A stretch of DNA of 42,752 nt from Octopus sinensis. Its lineage: Eukaryota. Below are positions 36,841 to 42,752 of the stretch, one piece after another. A model generated the notes under the pieces. It saw only the letters and a program-made list of their open reading frames with translations, had not been told where the DNA came from and did not search any database. The stretch spans positions 1 to 42,752 of the forward strand of contig NW_021835062.1 of the NCBI RefSeq assembly GCF_006345805.1, read 5' to 3'. Numbering within the stretch: position 1 is the stretch's first letter; each line of letters opens with the position of its first letter. Both the position numbers and the translations under genes were made by a program.

Positions 36841-37823
36841 GTATATGTATGCTTTGTGCATTTGTGCATATTTTGGAATTTGGTGTATTTCCATAAGTGT
36901 ATATACGTGCATGAGAATGTATGTGCATTAATGTATGTTCGCGTACTTGTATGGTGTAGGAGAATAATTATTGCCAAACAAACCATCATATTGAGAGTCA
37001 TTAATATTAGTGAATTAATTAACTAATTAATTAGTGGAACGTCGTTGTTATTTGTGACACTTACAGTTGTGAGGTCAAAGGCGAGTAGGTAGAGGTCAGC
37101 TAAAGGAATAACAACGTTGCACATATATAGTGAAGACAGCCGTGATACTTCGCACAATAACACCAACACACAAATACGCACATACTCAGACACACACACA
37201 TATATAAACACACTCTCTCACACACACACTAATACAAGTATAGTCCCAAATACACCTCCACACAGAGAGAGAGAGAGAACCACTAACACACTAACAATAC
37301 ACTCTCACTCGTACAGCCACACAGACAGGACATAGAAAAGATCACAGTCGGCTGCTAACACGATAACAAAAACTGTGAAATCATTGCTGAAATGCCAACC
37401 ACAAGATGTTATTATTTAGAAGTGAATATCCTTCGCTGCCTTCATCATTTCTAAGTAGTTTGCCATCATAGACATTATTGTTGGTGGTGGTGGCGTTGTT
37501 GTTGGTGTTGTTGTTGTTGTTGTTAAGATGTTCACATCTTTCTCTGTCTTTACCATTTGTAAGTGGTTGCCATCACAGCTTCTCTGAATCTTCAATACAA
37601 TTGAACTTCTTGCCAAAATGTCAATAATTCTTTACTCTTTTACAACTTTTCAATCTTCTGAACCCTTTCATCGTCTCCAGAACACCGCCTCCCCCACCTC
37701 CCCGCCTCCCTCTTTCCTCCACCCTCCTATTACTCCTGTTCCTACTCCTCCCACCCCAACGCTTCTCTTCCCCATCTTCCTCCCTCTTGCTTCTGTTTCG
37801 TCTGCCTCCTTCTGCCCTCCTTC

Positions 37824-38540
<717 letters not shown>

Positions 38541-39267
38541 ATTGTTGACGTTACTTTTATGTGGTGTTTGTTATTGTTCTGAATACCATTGTCGCTGTTG
38601 TGTTGTTGTTTTTACCTTTTAACATTATTACACCTCTTACTCTCTTCTTCTCTCTCTCCCTCTCTCTTCGTCTTATCCCCCCTCTTTCTCTTCCTTCCTC
38701 TCTCTCTCTCTTTCTCTCCTACTCTCTTCTTCTTACTCTCTTCTTACTCTCTTCTTCTCTCTCTCCCTCTCTTCGTCTTATCCCCACCCCCTCTGTCTTC
38801 CTTCCTTCCTCTCTCTCTCTTTTTCTCTCATATGTTCCGTTCCATCTTTTAATGTAGAAAAATTAAAATCTTGAAATAAAGTCAAGATGAAACAAAAGAT
38901 ACAAACTCTTTTTTTTTTTTTTACCTTTTTATTAATTTACTTTCAACCATTGAATTCAACAGTTCGTTTACTAGAGTTAAATCAATGGCAGTCTGGCTGG
39001 TTTTTGTTTCATGATGTAATTGACAATATTGTTGTTGTTATAGTTAATGTGATTACTGGTGGTGGTGGTGGTGGAGGTGGTGATGGTTGTGATGGCGGTG
39101 GCCGTTTCTTTTTTATTTAATTCGTTCATATTGTTTTCGTGTCTGTTTGTTGTTGCTTTAAGACAATACTCGGTAAAAAATTTCCTCACACCTTGTGCTC
39201 TCAGACAGAGCGGGTTTGTGACATGTAGGTAGTCGGTGAAACATGTGGTCGGCAGAACCATTACTCC

Positions 39268-40170
39268 ATCATGTGATCCGCATGTACATTACCCCTCTTA
39301 CACCGTGTGGTCCACATGGTCATAACTCAACATGTATTACCTGATCTACATATTCTTTATCTTATATGCATCATGAGAACCACATATTTATTACCCGATA
39401 TGGACCATGTGATCTGTAACCCTTATATATCATGTTAGACACTTGTTCATGACTTCCTATATACCTATTTCTTTATTACCCACAAGGGGCTAAACATAGA
39501 GGGGACAAACAAGGACAGACATAGGTATTAAGTCGATTACATCGACCCCAGTGCGTAACTGGTACTTAATTTATCGACCCCGAAAGGATGAAAGGCAAAG
39601 TCGACCTCGGCGGAATTCGAACTCAGAACGTAACGGCAGACGAAATACCTATTTCTTTACTACCCACAAGGGGCTAAACATAGAGGGGACAAACAAGGAC
39701 AGACATAGGTATTAAGTCGATTACATCGACCCCAGTGCGTAACTGGTACTTAATTTATCGACCCCGAAAGGATGAAAGGCAAAGTCGACCTCGGCGGAAT
39801 TTGAACTCAGAACATAACGGCATACGAAACACCTATTTCTTTACTGCCCACAAGGGGCTAAACACAGAGGACAAACAAGGACAGACATAGGTATTAAGTC
39901 GATTACATCGACCCCAGGCGTAACTGGTACTTAATTTATCGACCCCGAAAGGATGAAAGGCAAAGTCGACCTCGGCGGAATTTGAACTCACAACGTAACG
40001 ACACCGTATAATCCACAGGTGATATATGACCCCCGTTACCTGAAACACTAGTGTGTTATCTCATTTATATCAAGCGATCCACATATTCGTTACCTCACTT
40101 ATCCATTTAATCCCCAGGTACCACACAGTGTGACCCACCGACTCAATACCCCTTATATAAGATGTAATCT
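39268..40170. repeat. Highly diverged ~34-bp minisatellite interrupted by a SINE trimer
   Basis: Consecutive 34-mers from 39268: catcatgtgatccgcatgtacattacccctctta / caccgtgtggtccacatggtcataactcaacatg / tattacctgatctacatattctttatcttatatg / catcatgagaaccacatatttattacccgatatg. Similar units resume after 40002. Confidence 0.65.
39464..40001 (-). mobile_element. Family-B SINE trimer, headless
   Basis: Units at 39466, 39650 and 39834 (period 184). Confidence 0.9.
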
Positions 40171-40618
40171 GTGATAAAACAGGTAATGCCTTACCGTCAG
40201 ATTCGACAGCATGCATTCTTTTATTCAAGCAACTGAATTATCACCTGATTGCATTAGATTGTAAATGGCTGAGAGCCCCACAGACACTGGTGGGTACAAT
40301 CAACGTAAGTCACAGGTAGAATCAGTGTGACACAATATGTAACAAGACTGTACCTTTAGATTACAGTCGCAATCCTCCCAATGGCCTTCCACACAGTTTT
40401 CACCAACCAGTTTTACTGACAAGGCTAGGGACGACCCCAAGTTACAGCAAAAGGTGCCGGTCCAAGACTCCACGCCCTGTGACCGAACTCACGACTTCGC
40501 AGTTACGAAGCAAGCTTCTTAACCATTCATCCATGATCCATCCTAAGTCCACAGGAACAGAAATTATCAGTACTATGCGAACTACATTTTTGTTCTCCAT
40601 GTATACTGTTTGATATAT

Positions 40619-41002
40619 GATGGAAGCACTCCGTCAGTTACGACGATGAGGGTTCCGGTTGATCCGAATCAACGGAACAGCCTGCTCGTGAAATTAACGT
40701 GTAAGTGGCTGAGTACTCCACAGACACGTGTACCCTTAACGTAGTTCTCGGGGATATTCAGCGTGACACAGAGAGTGACAAGGCGGCCCTTTGAAATACA
40801 GGTACAACAGAAACAGGAAGTAAGAGTGAGAGAAAGTTGTGGTGAAAGAGTACAGGAGGGATCCCCACCATCCCTTGCCAGAACCTCGTGGAGCTTTAGG
40901 TGTTTTCGCTCAATAAACACTCACAACGCCCGGTCTGGGAATCGAAACCGCGATCCTATGACCGCGAGTCCGCTGCCCTAACCACTGGGCCATTGCGCCT
41001 CC
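40619..41002 (-). mobile_element. tRNA(Arg)-derived SINE, probably of the octopus OR-type family
   Basis: Minus-strand head ggaggcgcaatggcccagtggttagggcagcggacTCGcggtc...ggtttcgattccc; 14-bp TSD actgtttgatatat at 40605-40618 and 41003-41016. Family name is from recollection. Confidence 0.8.
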
Positions 41003-41654
41003 ACTGTTTGATATATACCAGGTACATAAACCTACAAACGACGTAACCGACGGGTTAATTAACCCACAATAACCTACATAAAGATCACACTTATCTCTCC
41101 GTTAGATTTAGCTCAACAATTTACTCCCGGATACATAACTATTTCACTGAAAATGTGTTACGTAAATATCCTCGCTTATTGTTGAAAGTAAAGAATACTA
41201 AACATCGATAAATAAAAATTATTGCTATCGTAAGTAAATACAAGACAAAAATGGAGCGGACAATATATTAGTAATGCAAGTCGACACCCTGAAATTAATA
41301 AAGCTAATAATGATAAAAATAACAATAAATGAACCACAAACAAGAAGCAATGTGACTGAGCTCATTAAAGACACATAATTAGACAGCAGTATTCGTTTTG
41401 TATGTGTGATTATGTGTATGTGTATGCGTGCGTGTCTATTTATGTATGCGTCTGTGTATGTATATGTATAAACAAGAAAGAAGATGATAGTTTTTGACAA
41501 CGCCAATAAAAAGTATAATAACGGTTATTATTATCATCTTTATACATATACGCACAACAGACTAGACTGCTGGAAAAGAAAAAAATCCTAACATCGGGTA
41601 CAACCTTAGATGTCAAGAACCCTCCTAAGTATCCTAGCTGTCCCTAATAACACA

Positions 41655-41828
41655 TTGCATGCCATCAAAGTGACACAGGGGTAAAATATACGAGGCCCAG
41701 TGTACCCATCATGACTGCCTATCTTTTATACCAAGTCAAAACAATGTACGTGATAACACTTTCAATCAGTTAGAATCAGAAGCCACTGCCTGGTACTCAT
41801 CATCATCATCATCATCATCAACATTATG

Positions 41829-41890
<62 letters not shown>

Positions 41891-42370
41891 CATTATTATT
41901 ATTATTATTAAGGCGGCGAGCTGGCGGAATCGTTGGCTCGCTGGACGAAATGCTTAGCGGTCTTTCGTCTGCCGCTACGTTCTGAGTTCAAATTCCGCCG
42001 AGGTCGACTTTGCTTTTCATCCTTTCGGGGTCGATTAAATAAGTACCAGATACGTACTGGGGTTGATATAATCGACTAGTCCCATCTCCTAAATTTCAAG
42101 CTTTGTGTCTACAGTAGAAAGGATTATCATTATTATTGAGTGTGAGAGAGAGCAGTGCATGTGATCAATGTGACACTGGGGTAAAATATACGAAGCCCAG
42201 TATACCCATCATGACTACGCATCTGATAAGGGTACACCAGGCACATGCATCACAACCATATGTGCGCGACATGTTGAACTAATATCAAGATAAACAGCAG
42301 GTGGGGCCCAGTTAGAATTTTCTTCAGGTCGAGTAGCCCATGCTGCTCAAAAGATCCCTTGTTCAAGGAT
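41655..42370. repeat. Two copies of an unclassified interspersed repeat (41655-41790, 42140-42370)
   Basis: Both share tgcatg..atcaa.gtgacac.ggggtaaaatatacga.gcccagt.tacccatcatgact. Confidence 0.6.
41910..42122 (+). mobile_element. Family-B-related SINE with an alternative tail
   Basis: Head aaggcggcgagctggc and body match; the tail differs (tgtgtctacagtagaaagg). Confidence 0.8.
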
Positions 42371-42414
42371 GTTGATTATTATTATTATCATCATCGTTAT
42401 TATTATTATTATTA

Positions 42415-42453
<39 letters not shown>

Positions 42454-42532
42454 CACTACTATCATCATCATCATCATCATCATCATTATCATCATCATCA
42501 TCATCATCATCATTATTATCATCATTATTATT

Positions 42533-42680
42533 AAGACAGCGAGCTGGCAGCATCGTTAGCACGCCGGACATGCGTAGCAGAATTTCGTCCGTCTTTACGT
42601 TCAAATTCCACCGAGGTCGATTTCGCAGTTCATCCTTTCGACCACGGTAAAATTAGTACCAGTCAAGTAATGGGGTCAAG
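42533..42680 (+). mobile_element. Degraded family-B SINE
   Basis: gcgagctggcagcatcgttagcacgccgg...ttcaaattccaccgaggtcga. Confidence 0.7.
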
Positions 42681-42752
42681 AACCCTTCCGCTCAAAAACC
42701 CCTGGCCCTATGCCAAACTTTGAAACCATTGTTGTTGCTTTTATTATGATTA

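Noticed and set aside
40925-41002. Functional tRNA-Arg gene
   Set aside because: The tRNA-like head continues into a SINE body bounded by a TSD, and there is no proper acceptor stem or terminator.

Overview
This is eukaryotic, AT-rich, microsatellite-dense DNA. The repeat families match my recollection of octopus (coleoid cephalopod) repeats, but I have not verified that by search. Most ORF-track entries are translations of simple repeats. Supportable content: (i) one credible single-exon coiled-coil CDS (11277-11960, minus); (ii) a ~2.06-kb ORF1-only retroelement with a gag-like CCHC knuckle and a perfect 15-bp TSD, inserted into a SINE's tRNA head; (iii) many tRNA-derived SINEs of 3-4 families, one forming 184-bp head-to-tail multimers; (iv) Tc1/mariner, Helitron, LINE RT and Penelope GIY-YIG remnants; (v) several hammerhead-ribozyme motifs with extended stem II, one apparently intact (32063-32159); (vi) a ~330-bp diverged tandem repeat with alternating inverted arms; (vii) possible non-coding exons of a minus-strand host transcript. 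The most interesting signals are the hammerhead/Penelope set, the ORF1-only element whose tail resembles that of the multimer-forming SINE, and the structured 22-kb repeat.
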